From an uncultured delta proteobacterium (GTDB lineage: Bacteria > Myxococcota_A > Polyangia > Polyangiales > Houyiibacteriaceae): a stretch of 64,000 nt of DNA. This document shows positions 49,942 to 60,299 of the stretch, piece after piece; position 1 is the stretch's first letter; each line of letters opens with the position of its first letter. The translations under genes and the position numbers were made by a program. The notes below the pieces were generated by a model, which did not search any database, was not told the DNA's origin, and worked only from the letters and a program-made list of their open reading frames with translations. The stretch is taken from positions 512,001 to 576,000 of the forward strand of contig CAVOVB010000001.1 of assembly GCA_963699755.1 (NCBI GenBank), read 5' to 3'.

Positions 49942-51738
49942 ATGGCGTACACCGTTCTCGCGAGAAAATACCGGCCCCAGCGCTTCGAAGACCTCGTTGG
50001 TCAGGAGCACGTTGCGCGCACGCTTGCGAACGCGATCGAAGCCGATCGCGTGGCGCACGCGTTCTTGTTCACCGGCGTTCGCGGGGTGGGCAAGACCAGC
50101 ACGGCCCGACTGCTCGCCAAGGCGCTCAACTGCGAGCGAGGGCCGACCCCGACGCCTTGCAACGAGTGCGCACCCTGCCTCGAAATCACCGCAGGCATCG
50201 ACGTGGACGTCCAGGAGATCGACGGCGCTTCGAACAACAGCGTCGAGGACGTGCGCCGCCTGCAAGAGTCCCTGCCGTATCGGCCACAGCGGGACCGCTA
50301 CAAAATCGTAATCGTCGACGAGGTCCACATGCTCTCGGCGGGTGCGTTCAACGCTTTCTTGAAGACCCTGGAAGAGCCACCTGAGCACGTGAAGTTCATC
50401 TTTGCGACCACCGAGAGCCACAAAGTGCCGGTCACCATCCGATCTCGATGCCAGCAGTACGATTTCCGGCTCATTCCTCACCGACTCATCGCCGAGCGAG
50501 TTCGTGGGATTCTTCGTGCGGAATCTCTTGCAGCGGATGAAGAGGCGATTTCGGTCGTGGCTCGCGAGGCAGCGGGCTCGATGCGCGACGCCCTCACTTT
50601 GCTCGACCAACTCGTCGCGATCTCCGACGATCGAATCACGGCAGACACCGTGGCCGCAAGCCTTGGAATCGCGGCACGCGAGGCTCTCTACGACGTGGCT
50701 GGTGCGGTCCTTCAGGGTGACGGCGCCGCGGTCATCAAAGCGATCGACGCGCTCGCCGACAAGAGCGTCGACATGCAGCACTTCGCCCGCCAGCTTCTCG
50801 AATTGATGCGAGACCTGGTCGTCCTCAAGCTCGACGCCGGAGACCCGGCCGACTGGGTCCCCGAAGAGCGAGAGGCCGCCGAAGCGCTCATAGGGAACAT
50901 CGACATCCTCGAGCTCCAGCGCGCCTTTCGAGCGACCTCGATGGTCATGGACGAAATGGCTCAGAGCCCGAACCCGAAGCTCATGCTCGAAATGGGCTTG
51001 GTGCGAGTCGCCACTCGACCTCCTCTTCAATCCGTGTCCGAGCTTCTCGCCCGACTCGAAGCACTCCAGGGAAATGCCGGCACCACGGGCAGCGCGACCG
51101 GCGGTTCGCGGCCGCGCGCGCCAAACCCCAAGCCTGTTCCGCGTTCGGCGACGCCGGAGCCAGAGGCCAAGCCCGAACCGAAACCCGAGACTGCGCCGGC
51201 ACACAAACCTGCAAGCGAACCGGCACCCGAGCCGAAGTCGAAGACGCCAAGCCAGCCGATCATGCCGGCCACCAAGCACTCCGGCGGTTTTCAAACCAGC
51301 ACCGGCGAGGTGCTGACCCCGATTCGCCGAGCCGCCCTCCAAGAATGGGAAGAGCTCGTCAGTACGCTCGAACGGCAGCAACCCGCGCTCGCTGCCGTGC
51401 TGGAGCACGGGATTCCCAAGGCCGTAGGCCCCGACCGAATCGTTCTCTCGTTCAAAGACGGCTCGTTCTATGGGCGCCAAGCAGAGTCGCCCGAATCGAT
51501 CGCTGCCATCGCGCGAGCCGCCGAAGAGCAACTCGGCGCGCGCCCCGAAATCCAGATTCGCTTCGACGCCAAGGGCGAGGCTGCGACCAAAACCGTCGCG
51601 GCTGTCGCCGCCCAACGCAAAGAAGCTGCGACCGAAGCCAAACGCAAAGAGGCGCTCAACCACCCTCGCGTGCGCGACGCCATAGACGTATTTCCCGAAT
51701 CAGCTGGGAAGCTGAAAGTGCACATCGAAGCGGACTGA
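49942..51738 (+). CDS. dnaX: DNA polymerase III subunit gamma/tau
   Basis: LARKYRPQ, GVRGVGKT, DEVHML, KTLEEPP, SRC. Confidence 0.97.
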   Translation: MAYTVLARKYRPQRFEDLVGQEHVARTLANAIEADRVAHAFLFTGVRGVGKTSTARLLAKALNCERGPTPTPCNECAPCLEITAGIDVDVQEIDGASNNSVEDVRRLQESLPYRPQRDRYKIVIVDEVHMLSAGAFNAFLKTLEEPPEHVKFIFATTESHKVPVTIRSRCQQYDFRLIPHRLIAERVRGILRAESLAADEEAISVVAREAAGSMRDALTLLDQLVAISDDRITADTVAASLGIAAREALYDVAGAVLQGDGAAVIKAIDALADKSVDMQHFARQLLELMRDLVVLKLDAGDPADWVPEEREAAEALIGNIDILELQRAFRATSMVMDEMAQSPNPKLMLEMGLVRVATRPPLQSVSELLARLEALQGNAGTTGSATGGSRPRAPNPKPVPRSATPEPEAKPEPKPETAPAHKPASEPAPEPKSKTPSQPIMPATKHSGGFQTSTGEVLTPIRRAALQEWEELVSTLERQQPALAAVLEHGIPKAVGPDRIVLSFKDGSFYGRQAESPESIAAIARAAEEQLGARPEIQIRFDAKGEAATKTVAAVAAQRKEAATEAKRKEALNHPRVRDAIDVFPESAGKLKVHIEAD

Positions 51739-51747
51739 AAGGATCGA

Positions 51748-52068
51748 ATGAATTTTCGCGGCGGAATGGGAGAGCTCATGCGGCAAGCAGGCCGTGTCCA
51801 ACGCAAGGTCGAGAAGCGTCGGGAGGAGCTCAATGAGGAGACTTTCGAAGCCAGCGCAGGGAATGACAAGGTGACTGCAGTTGCCAACGGCATTCCCGAG
51901 CTCGCCGAAATCCGAATCGACAAAGCGCTTCTGCAGGAAGAGGACCTGGAGATGGTGCAGGATCTCATCGTCGCGGCCGCCAACGCCGCTTTGACGAAGG
52001 CGCGCGAGCACGTGGACGCCGAAATCGAGAAAATCACGGGGGGCCTTTCGATACCTGGGCTTGGCTGA
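51748..52068 (+). CDS. ybaB: YbaB/EbfC nucleoid-associated protein
   Basis: EDLEMVQDLIVAAANAAL; canonical position between dnaX and recR. Confidence 0.92.
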   Translation: MNFRGGMGELMRQAGRVQRKVEKRREELNEETFEASAGNDKVTAVANGIPELAEIRIDKALLQEEDLEMVQDLIVAAANAALTKAREHVDAEIEKITGGLSIPGLG

Positions 52069-52071
52069 TCG

Positions 52072-52671
52072 ATGACGGCAAACGACCCGATTGCTTCGCT
52101 GATCTCGTTGCTCTCGAGGCTGCCCGGAGTCGGCCAGCGCACCGCCGCACGACTGGCTTTTTTCGTGCTCGAAGGGGAGGCGCAGTACGCCGACGCGCTC
52201 GGCCAGGCTCTAAAGACGATCCACGACGAGGTCACGCGCTGCGAGCTTTGCGGGAACTACGGCGCCGAGTCGCGGTGCGCAATCTGCCAGGACACGCGCC
52301 GCGATGCGTCCCTGGTTTGCATCGTGGCGAAAGTGCCCGATTTGATCGCGCTCGAAGCACTCGGAAGCTTCCGCGGCCGCTACCACGTTCTGCACGGCCT
52401 CCTGGCACCGCTCGACGGCATCGGTCCTGATCAACTTCCGCTCGATGCGCTCGAACATCGCATCGTCGATGAAGGTATCAAGGAGGTCATCGTGGCCACG
52501 CCGCTCAATGTCGAAGGAGAGGCGACGGCTCTCTACGTGGCCGACGCCTTGTCATCGTCCCCGGTGCGCGTCTCACGAATCGCCGCAGGGGTGCCTCACG
52601 GCGGCGAGCTCGAATTTACCGATCAGGTCACCCTGGTACGCGCGCTCGAAGAACGACGGGCCGTTCGCTGA
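52072..52671 (+). CDS. recR: Recombination mediator RecR
   Basis: LPGVGQRTA, C4 zinc finger, YHVLHG, EGEATA, GGELEF. Confidence 0.96.
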   Translation: MTANDPIASLISLLSRLPGVGQRTAARLAFFVLEGEAQYADALGQALKTIHDEVTRCELCGNYGAESRCAICQDTRRDASLVCIVAKVPDLIALEALGSFRGRYHVLHGLLAPLDGIGPDQLPLDALEHRIVDEGIKEVIVATPLNVEGEATALYVADALSSSPVRVSRIAAGVPHGGELEFTDQVTLVRALEERRAVR

Positions 52672-52767
52672 AATCGCGAGGGGCTGAATTCCGGCCCGAT
52701 TTCGGCGGAAGCCATCGTATTTGAATCTTTCGCCGGGCCCTCTCGTAGAAGAGCGAGAGGTGGCCCC

Positions 52768-53460
52768 ATGCTTCGAATCCCAGTCTTTCCACTCATTGGC
52801 TTCGCGATCGTGCTGAGCAGCGCGACCTCGGCGCGCGCCGAGGTCGTCGTCGTCAGTCCTCAACAGGCCTCGTCCCCGGTCGTGATCAAGACGAGACCAC
52901 CCACGGTCGTCGTCGTCAAACATACGCCGATTCAGCAACCCCCAGCGCCCCCGCCGCCACCGCCTGCGAAGCGGGACCGCAAGCTCGGACTGCACTTCGA
53001 CTTCGGTGGCACCTTCGGGCCGCGCGTCTTGATGGGCGGCTTCGGGGGCGCGCTTCGCTTCCGACCCACCGAGCACGTCGGGATCGATTTGGGCTCCGGC
53101 TACTACGCCGGCAACGACTACCAGGGCTTCTACCGCACGGAGATTCCAGTCACTGCAAACGTCCTCTTCTTCGTCAATCCGCAGCACAAGTTTCAGTTCT
53201 ACTTGTTGCTCGGTCCCGGACTCTCCTTCAGTCGAGTCGAAACGATCAACGAAGTTCGCCCGATGACCCATGTGGGAGGTCAGGCCGGTGCGGGGATCGA
53301 GCTCAGGCTCGCGCCCGCGTTCGCGCTCAATGCGGACGTTCGTGGCGTGATCCGCTACCGAATCGACAATGACCCGCGACCCGAGTTCTTCGACGGGACG
53401 CGCAGCACCAATACCTCGGGTGGCGCGATACTCACCTTCGGCGGGACGATCTACTTCTGA
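52768..53460 (+). CDS. Outer-membrane beta-barrel protein with Pro-rich N-terminus
   Basis: Signal peptide, PPPPP linker, about 8 amphipathic strands, terminal Phe (GTIYF). Confidence 0.7.
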   Translation: MLRIPVFPLIGFAIVLSSATSARAEVVVVSPQQASSPVVIKTRPPTVVVVKHTPIQQPPAPPPPPPAKRDRKLGLHFDFGGTFGPRVLMGGFGGALRFRPTEHVGIDLGSGYYAGNDYQGFYRTEIPVTANVLFFVNPQHKFQFYLLLGPGLSFSRVETINEVRPMTHVGGQAGAGIELRLAPAFALNADVRGVIRYRIDNDPRPEFFDGTRSTNTSGGAILTFGGTIYF

Positions 53461-53466
53461 GCTCGG

Positions 53467-53913
53467 CTAGGGGCTGCTGCTGCTCCGACGGCCGCCAAAG
53501 AGCTTCTTGAAGAAGCTGCCCTCGCCCTCGACCCGCGATTCGTCGTCAGGAGGTGCGGCAGGAGTTGTCTGCGGGGCATCGTCCTCTCCGAGCTTCTCGA
53601 TCTCTTCGAGCTCCTCTTCGTCGACCAGCAAGACGAAGTCCGACTCGTCCAATGTCTCGACCTCGGTGCTCTCGTCTTCCCAGCTGCCGCTGGCCTCTCG
53701 GGGCACGGCTGGTCTCTCATCGTGAGGGTCCGCCGACTCCTGGTCGAACGAGACGTCCTTCGCGAGGGCGCTAAGCTCGCCGTCGACCGCATCCAAGTCG
53801 ACCGCAGTGGTGCTGGTGAATCGTCGTCGAACCTTCGTAACCTCGGCGTCGCTCTTGCCTAGCTCTGCGAGAGCCTGGTCCACCCCATCCAGCTTCTCTT
53901 CCGGTAAACCCAC
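53467..53913 (-). CDS. Acidic hypothetical protein with C-terminal amphipathic helix
   Basis: Asp/Glu-rich ORF ending SFFKKLFGGRR. Confidence 0.6.
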   Translation of the reverse strand: MGLPEEKLDGVDQALAELGKSDAEVTKVRRRFTSTTAVDLDAVDGELSALAKDVSFDQESADPHDERPAVPREASGSWEDESTEVETLDESDFVLLVDEEELEEIEKLGEDDAPQTTPAAPPDDESRVEGEGSFFKKLFGGRRSSSSP

Positions 53914-53970
53914 ATCATCAATGTCACAGGAAAATGGCTTTTCGTAAAGCCTTTCGCCCGAAAAAGTCTC

Positions 53971-55275
53971 TCAGGTCGCTTCGGAAAACCTCGTGATTTC
54001 GGCATCGAGCAGAGGAATGCGGTCCTGGCCCCAGCTGGAATACGAGCCGATCTGCACCGAAGGTACACCCCAAAGCCCCAGCTCCGTCAGGGCTTGGCGA
54101 TTGGCCTGAGCCAGTTCCTGCCAGCTGCTGTCCTCGATGGCAGCCCGCACTTCGGCTTCGCCTATCCCGACTCGCTCCGCGAGAAACAAGAGATCGGGAA
54201 GGTGTCCGACGTCACGGGCCTCCGACCAAATGCCCTGCATCACCGAACGCGGAAACTCGAGCTCGAGCCCCTTGCCGGCGGCGCAACGAAAGAACACCGC
54301 CATGCAATGTGCAATGCCTTGACCCAAGGGATCGCAGACCCGTCCGAAAGGAATCCCTAGGCGATCGGCTTCGCGCTTGGCGTCATGCACGATGTAGAGC
54401 CTCTTCGCTCGTGGGACGGGCAGGCCTCGCATCACCATCGGCAGAACCGGTCGCACCGTCACCTCGACGCCGTGGCGCTCACGGAGCTGGATGAGCTGAG
54501 GAATCGACAAGTAGGAGTAGGGGCTGCGGAACGACACGAAGGCCTCGATGCGCAAAGGGCTTGTGCCGGAGGACCGGATCATCGACGCCAGAGTCGGTAC
54601 GGGGCCGGGCCGGAGATCGAGACTTCCTTCGAGCCCCTCGCGACGCAGCCTCTCCTCGAGGAAGTGGAGCCGGTCAATTCCCCAGTACCAGTCGCCCCCA
54701 TAGTGGATCATGCCAGGCTGGTAGTGCCCAGCGCGTTCGAGCGCCGCGTAGTTCGCTTCGAGGGCAGGACGGACCCCCTCGCCGGACAGGCTGCCATAGC
54801 GCTCGACGATGGCAGCCAGCGCTGAGCCGTCATCCCGCCACACCGCCTCGCCGAGCTCGGCAGCGACCTGCATCTGCTCTTCGGGCGGGCGGCGTTTCAG
54901 CAGGACTGCATGAGCCCGCCGAACCCGATCTTCGGGGGGCGGCACGGCATGGGCTGGAAAGCTCAGGCCGTAGCATTCTGCGAGGAGCGCGGCGTCACCG
55001 ATCGCGTGCTCGAGCAGCATCTCCGGTGCTGGATTCGCCGCGATGCTTGGCTGCGCGACCGGAATGAGCTCGATCTCGAGACCATAGCTCTTGGTCAAAC
55101 CTGGCGCGGCCTGGACCAGGAGTTGGCTGTACGGATCGTCGGCACGATAATAGAAGCGTGCGCGCCTGCGGCCGCCGCGGAGTACCCGGCCGACGGTGAA
55201 CAGAGCATGCTTCGCAGGTCGTGAGCTGAGATAGGCATCGAGAACGGTGCCGACGACCCGGGACTTGGCGGACAC
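53971..55275 (-). CDS. DsbA-like / HCCA-isomerase family protein with tandem domains
   Basis: Two repeats: ADDPYS..WYWGIDRL and SFRSPYSY..GLWGVPS..WGQDR. Confidence 0.8.
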   Translation of the reverse strand: MSAKSRVVGTVLDAYLSSRPAKHALFTVGRVLRGGRRRARFYYRADDPYSQLLVQAAPGLTKSYGLEIELIPVAQPSIAANPAPEMLLEHAIGDAALLAECYGLSFPAHAVPPPEDRVRRAHAVLLKRRPPEEQMQVAAELGEAVWRDDGSALAAIVERYGSLSGEGVRPALEANYAALERAGHYQPGMIHYGGDWYWGIDRLHFLEERLRREGLEGSLDLRPGPVPTLASMIRSSGTSPLRIEAFVSFRSPYSYLSIPQLIQLRERHGVEVTVRPVLPMVMRGLPVPRAKRLYIVHDAKREADRLGIPFGRVCDPLGQGIAHCMAVFFRCAAGKGLELEFPRSVMQGIWSEARDVGHLPDLLFLAERVGIGEAEVRAAIEDSSWQELAQANRQALTELGLWGVPSVQIGSYSSWGQDRIPLLDAEITRFSEAT

Positions 55276-57939
55276 CTAGCTGGCTCCTACCAGCTCGTAC
55301 ACCGTATCGACCGCCTCACTGAGCTTGCTCGGGTCGGGACCTCCGGCCTGCGCGAAGTCCGGACGCCCGCCGCCCTTCCCACCGACGACGCCGGCCGCTG
55401 CCTTGACGATGTCGCCCGCACGGAATCGACCGATCAACTCTTTCGAGACGCTGCAGACGAGCAGCGCCTTCTTGCCATCTTTGCTGGGCGATCCGAGCAA
55501 GATGACTGCCGGCGCGAGCCTGTCCCGAAGCTGGTCGGCCATGTCGCGAAGGGCCGCTGCATCGCCGAGCTCGACGGTAGCTCCGAGCACCTTGGCGCCG
55601 TCCACCTCACGCGCATGGGCCGACAAGTCGGCGCTGTCGCCGGACATCAAGGAACGCTTGAGCCGTTCAATTTCACGCTGCGCGTCCTTTTGCTGCTCGA
55701 TAAGCCGGGCGACCCGGCTGCGAAGCTGCGCAGCGGGCGACTTGAGCAAGGAAGCGGCGCCACTGAGCTCGGACTCGAGCCGACGCAGGTGCCCAAGCGC
55801 GTTCAGCCCCGTCGTCGCCTCGATGCGCCGGACACCGGCCGCGAGGCCTGTCTCGGAGAGGAGCTTGAAGAGCCCGATGTCACCGGTGCGCTCGGCGTGT
55901 GTACCCCCGCAAAGCTCGAGTGACGGACCTATGGTGAGCATGCGCACGACGTCGCCGTACTTCTCTTCGAAGATGCCGATCGCGCCCCGCGCCTTGGCTT
56001 CGTCCATGGCCAGAGCTTCGGTCGTGATGTTGGTGTTCTCCAGCACACGGGCGTTGACGAGATCCTCGATCTGTTCGAGCTCCGCGGCTTCGAGTGGGCG
56101 GGTGCCGCTGTAGTCGAAGCGCAAGCGGTCCGGACCGACCAGTGAGCCCTTCTGCGCCGCGGTCTCCCCAACGACTTGGCGGAGAGCCCAGTGCAAAAGG
56201 TGCGTCGCGCTGTGATTGCGGCGGGTGGCGCTCCGAAGCGCGTGATCGACACGGAGCTCGACCTCCTCCCCGGTCTTGAGCGAGCCCGACACCAACTTGC
56301 CGCGATGAACGATCAAACCTTCCACCGGCTTCTGAGTGTCTTCGACTTCGAAGCCTGCACCATCGAGCTCGATGACGCCCCGGTCGCCCACCTGGCCGCC
56401 CTGCTCCGGGTAAAACGGCGTGGCGCGGGTGATGATCTCGCCCGACGCACCCGTCCGAAGCGCGTGGACCTGGCCCCCATCCGTCAGCAGCGCGACGATC
56501 ACGCTGCGAGCGGCCTCCTGCTCGTAGCCGAGGAACTCGACGGCCCCGAGCTCTTGTGCGAGCGCTGGGTACACGTCTGCAACCGCGCTACTGCCGATCT
56601 TCGAGCCCTGGCTCCGCTGACGCGCCCGTTCGAGCTCGTCGTCGAAGCCCTGCTGGTCGATCACAAAGCCTTGCTCCTCGCCGATCACGTTCTGAAGATC
56701 GAGGGGGAAGCCGTATGTGTCGTAGAGCTTGAACGCCACCTCACCTGGCAAGGAACGCTTGCCGCCGAGGTCGATCCACTTTTCGTTCTCTGAGATGAGC
56801 TGGAGGCCCCTGTCGAGGGTTCGCCGGAAGCGCTCCTCCTCTTGCTGCGTGATTTGCTCGATCAGAGCGCGTCGTTCGGAGAGCTGAGGGTAAACGTCGC
56901 CCATGTCGTCGACGACTCGCAGGGTGCAGTGATGAAGAAACGGCTCATGGATGCCGAGGCGGTGCCCATGGCGGATCGCGCGCCGCATCACCCGGCGAAG
57001 CACGTAGGCTCGCCCCTCTTTGTCGGGGAACACCCCCTCGGAAATGAGAAACGCCGTCGTCCGGGCATGGTCGGCGATGACCCGCATGCTCACATCGTCA
57101 TTGGACTGGCTCTCGCGGTAGCGCTTGCCCGAGATCTCGGAGGCCAAGTCGACGATCGGCCGCAAGAGGTCGGTATCGTAGTTGCTCAGGACGCCTTGTT
57201 TGACGACGGCGATTCGCTCGAGGCCGGCACCGGTGTCGATGGAGGGAGCCGGAAGCGGGTCCATTTTGCCATCGGCGTGCCGATCGAACTGCATGAACAC
57301 GAGGTTCCAAAGCTCGAACCAGCCACGGCCGTCCGGAGCCGGCTCATCGCCGAAGCTGCGGGGGTCGATGTCGTCGAGACCAAGGCAGTAGTGGATCTCC
57401 GAGCAAGGGCCACAGGGGCCGGTGTCGCCCATCTGCCAGAAGTTATCCTTGGCGCCGCAGCGAATGATTCGCTCGCTTGGGAAACCCGTGATGTCTTTCC
57501 AAATCGCAGCTGCCTCGTCGTCGGCTGGTGCTAGGCCCTCTTCGCCACCGAAGACGGTGACCACGATGCGCTCCGGGTCGAGGGCCAGCGTGTCGATGAA
57601 ATAGTCCCAGGCAAACTTGATCGCGTCGCGCTTGAAGTAGTCGCCGAACGAGAAGTTGCCGAGCATCTCGAAGAAGGTGTGGTGGCGGGCGGTGACGCCG
57701 ACGTTTTCGAGGTCATTGTGCTTTCCGCTGATGCGGATGCATTTCTGCGACGTGGTGGCGCGCGAGTACGGTCGGTCTTCCTTTCCGGTGAAGACGTCTT
57801 TGAACTGCACCATGCCCGCGTTGGCGAACATGAGGGTCGGATCGTTGGGCGGCACGAGCGGACCCGACGCGACCCTTTCATGCTCGCGCTCCGCGAAGAA
57901 GCGAAGGAACGATTCCCGAATTTCCGATGAGCGGGCCAT
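55276..57939 (-). CDS. alaS: Alanine--tRNA ligase
   Basis: FANAGM, FEMLGNFSFGDYFK, WNLVFMQ, HSATHLLH, ELCGGTH, GGGRPDFAQAGG. Confidence 0.98.
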   Translation of the reverse strand: MARSSEIRESFLRFFAEREHERVASGPLVPPNDPTLMFANAGMVQFKDVFTGKEDRPYSRATTSQKCIRISGKHNDLENVGVTARHHTFFEMLGNFSFGDYFKRDAIKFAWDYFIDTLALDPERIVVTVFGGEEGLAPADDEAAAIWKDITGFPSERIIRCGAKDNFWQMGDTGPCGPCSEIHYCLGLDDIDPRSFGDEPAPDGRGWFELWNLVFMQFDRHADGKMDPLPAPSIDTGAGLERIAVVKQGVLSNYDTDLLRPIVDLASEISGKRYRESQSNDDVSMRVIADHARTTAFLISEGVFPDKEGRAYVLRRVMRRAIRHGHRLGIHEPFLHHCTLRVVDDMGDVYPQLSERRALIEQITQQEEERFRRTLDRGLQLISENEKWIDLGGKRSLPGEVAFKLYDTYGFPLDLQNVIGEEQGFVIDQQGFDDELERARQRSQGSKIGSSAVADVYPALAQELGAVEFLGYEQEAARSVIVALLTDGGQVHALRTGASGEIITRATPFYPEQGGQVGDRGVIELDGAGFEVEDTQKPVEGLIVHRGKLVSGSLKTGEEVELRVDHALRSATRRNHSATHLLHWALRQVVGETAAQKGSLVGPDRLRFDYSGTRPLEAAELEQIEDLVNARVLENTNITTEALAMDEAKARGAIGIFEEKYGDVVRMLTIGPSLELCGGTHAERTGDIGLFKLLSETGLAAGVRRIEATTGLNALGHLRRLESELSGAASLLKSPAAQLRSRVARLIEQQKDAQREIERLKRSLMSGDSADLSAHAREVDGAKVLGATVELGDAAALRDMADQLRDRLAPAVILLGSPSKDGKKALLVCSVSKELIGRFRAGDIVKAAAGVVGGKGGGRPDFAQAGGPDPSKLSEAVDTVYELVGAS

Positions 57940-57999
57940 GTGCCTCGATTGCTAGCGCCTGTGCAGCGCCCACGCAACGCCTGTGCTAGAGCTTCGGCC

Positions 58000-59697
58000 G
58001 TGCTCACGTGCCTGCGCGTCCGGAGCTTCGCCATCATCGAAGCGCTCGAAGTCGAGCTCGCCGCAGGGCTCAACATCGTCACCGGCGAGACCGGGGCAGG
58101 AAAGTCGATTCTGGTCGACGCGCTCCAGCTCGTGCTGGGGGCCCGGGGACGACCCGAGGTCGTGCGCACCGACGCCGAGGCCGCGGAGGTCGAGGCCCTC
58201 TTTGATTTGTCGGAGCAGCCGGAGGTGCTGGGGGTCCTCAGAGAGCAAGGCATCGAGGCAGACGACGAGCTACTCATTCGCCGAGTCGTGAGCGCCACCG
58301 GCCGCACGCGAGCCTATATCAACGGGCGGCTCGCCACGCTCGCCCAACTCAAGGAAGTCACCAAGGGCCTGGCCGATATCTCGTCGCAGCACGAGTACCA
58401 CTCGCTCGCCGATGCGCGGCACCATCTCAGCTATCTCGACGCCTTCGCAAGTCATGCCCCACTGCTCGAAGAGGTGGGCCGTGCCCACGCGGCGCTCCTA
58501 GTCGCCAGTGCACGACTCGAGGACCTGGTAAACGAAGAGCGTGGCAGGGCCGACCGAGAGGACCTGCTTCGCTATCAGGTCAACGAGATTGAAACGCTTC
58601 GGGAAACGCTTGAGAACGAAGAAGCGCTCGAGCTCGAGTGTGAGCGCCTGCGACATGCGGAGAAGCTCGGCAGGGCGGCAGGCGAGGCGGAGGCGCAGCT
58701 CTATTCGGAGGATGATTCCATCTGCGGGGCAATCTCGCGAATCGCAACGGCGGTCGAGCAGGCGTCGGTTTTCGATCCGACCCTGGTGCCGATGACCAGG
58801 CAGGTTCGCGAGGCCCTCTTGCAACTCGAGGATGCGGCGTCCGAGCTGGGAAGCTATGCACGGGACCTTTCGTTCGATCCGAATCGGCTCGGCGCGCTCG
58901 AAGACGAGCTCGGCCGTCTGTCACGATTGAAGAAGAAGTACGGAGAGACCTCCGCCGAGATTCTCGCGTACCGTGACCAGGCCGCCGAGGAGCTCGATTC
59001 GCTCGAACGCTACGAAGAGCGCCTCGACCGCTACCAGCGCGAGTTCGACGACGCGCTTGAGGAAGCTTCCCGAGTAGCGCTCGTGCTTCGTGGCAAACGG
59101 CAAAGCGCCGCGGTCAAGCTCAGCAAAGCCATCAGCAGGGAGCTTTCGTCGCTCGGCATGGGCGAAGCCAAGGTGATCGTAGAGCTCGCGGCCCTCGAAG
59201 GCGGACCACGCGAGCTCCAAGTCGAAGGCGCGCGACTTTCGCCGACCGGAATCGACCACGCCGAGCTTCTGATCGCGCCAAACCGCGGCGAAGACGCAAA
59301 GCCGCTCCGTAAGATCGCAAGCGGCGGTGAGCTCTCTCGAGCCATGCTCGCGATCAAGCGCGTGCTCGCGGGGCTCGGCCCGGCAAGCCTCTACGTCTTC
59401 GACGAAGTCGATGCCGGAGTCGGTGGGGCCGTCGCCGAAGTCATCGGCCGCAAGATCCACGAGGTTGCCCAACACAGCCAGGTCCTGTGCATCACCCACC
59501 TCCCCCAGATCTCTGTCTACGCCGACGCCCATTACCGCGTGCACAAAGAGGTCGTCGGCAAGCGAACCAAGAGCGACATCCGGCTGCTGTCCGACGAGGA
59601 GCGGCTCGAGGAGATTGCGCGGATGCTGGGCGGGGTCACCGTGACCGACCAGGCGAGGGCAGCCGCCCAGGAGCTGATTCGCAGCGCTGAGACCTGA
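58000..59697 (+). CDS. recN: DNA repair protein RecN
   Basis: TGETGAGKS, ASGGELSR, FDEVDAG, ITHLPQ, EIARMLGG. Confidence 0.96.
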   Translation: MLTCLRVRSFAIIEALEVELAAGLNIVTGETGAGKSILVDALQLVLGARGRPEVVRTDAEAAEVEALFDLSEQPEVLGVLREQGIEADDELLIRRVVSATGRTRAYINGRLATLAQLKEVTKGLADISSQHEYHSLADARHHLSYLDAFASHAPLLEEVGRAHAALLVASARLEDLVNEERGRADREDLLRYQVNEIETLRETLENEEALELECERLRHAEKLGRAAGEAEAQLYSEDDSICGAISRIATAVEQASVFDPTLVPMTRQVREALLQLEDAASELGSYARDLSFDPNRLGALEDELGRLSRLKKKYGETSAEILAYRDQAAEELDSLERYEERLDRYQREFDDALEEASRVALVLRGKRQSAAVKLSKAISRELSSLGMGEAKVIVELAALEGGPRELQVEGARLSPTGIDHAELLIAPNRGEDAKPLRKIASGGELSRAMLAIKRVLAGLGPASLYVFDEVDAGVGGAVAEVIGRKIHEVAQHSQVLCITHLPQISVYADAHYRVHKEVVGKRTKSDIRLLSDEERLEEIARMLGGVTVTDQARAAAQELIRSAET

Positions 59698-59724
59698 GCG
59701 GTCGCTCGTTGGGCGCTGCCGCTG

Positions 59725-60237
59725 CTACCCCGACTTCGGCCCGACCAGCGTCCGCAACACCCCCTCCACCGCGACGGCTCCACCCCCGTCCCGAAGCGTG
59801 ACCTCGACCTCGTACTCCCGTTTTGTGTTGGACTCGATGGGCGGCGTGCGGCACTCGCCGGTGATCGTCCCGCGCGCCTTCTTGATGTAGTCCAGGCTCA
59901 TGCCGGCGACGATGAATCGGGCATCGTCTGGCAGGGAGTAGCCGAGCGCGAGGTTTCCGGTCAGCTCGACGAGATTCGCCAACGCCACCGCATGCACGCA
60001 GGATAGATGATTTCGCACCGCGCGACGATCGGCGAGCGTGACGCGCGCATAGCCTGGGCCGAGCTCCTGAACCACCGCGCCGATCGTGGCTGTGTAGGGC
60101 GCAACCGTTCCGACGATACGGCTGAAGACGCGCTTGCCCCCCGGGATGCGCTCGAAACGGTCCCAGGCTTCGCGAATGAAGTTGGTCTTGGATTCGGTCG
60201 CGAGCGCCTCGGCTCTCAAGAACGTCGCAAAGGCCAT
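59725..60237 (-). CDS. Hotdog-fold thioesterase-like protein (DUF4442-like)
   Basis: APYTATI, NHLSCVHAVAL, YIKKARG; start uncertain. Confidence 0.75.
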   Translation of the reverse strand: MAFATFLRAEALATESKTNFIREAWDRFERIPGGKRVFSRIVGTVAPYTATIGAVVQELGPGYARVTLADRRAVRNHLSCVHAVALANLVELTGNLALGYSLPDDARFIVAGMSLDYIKKARGTITGECRTPPIESNTKREYEVEVTLRDGGGAVAVEGVLRTLVGPKSG

Positions 60238-60299
60238 TTCGAAAACATTACTTCAAGTCTCCGAGCTCTCCAATGCCTAGTCACGCCGGACCGGGATGC

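Noticed and set aside
49942..51738. Programmed -1 frameshift in dnaX
   Set aside because: No A-AAA-AAG slippery site or long A run seen.
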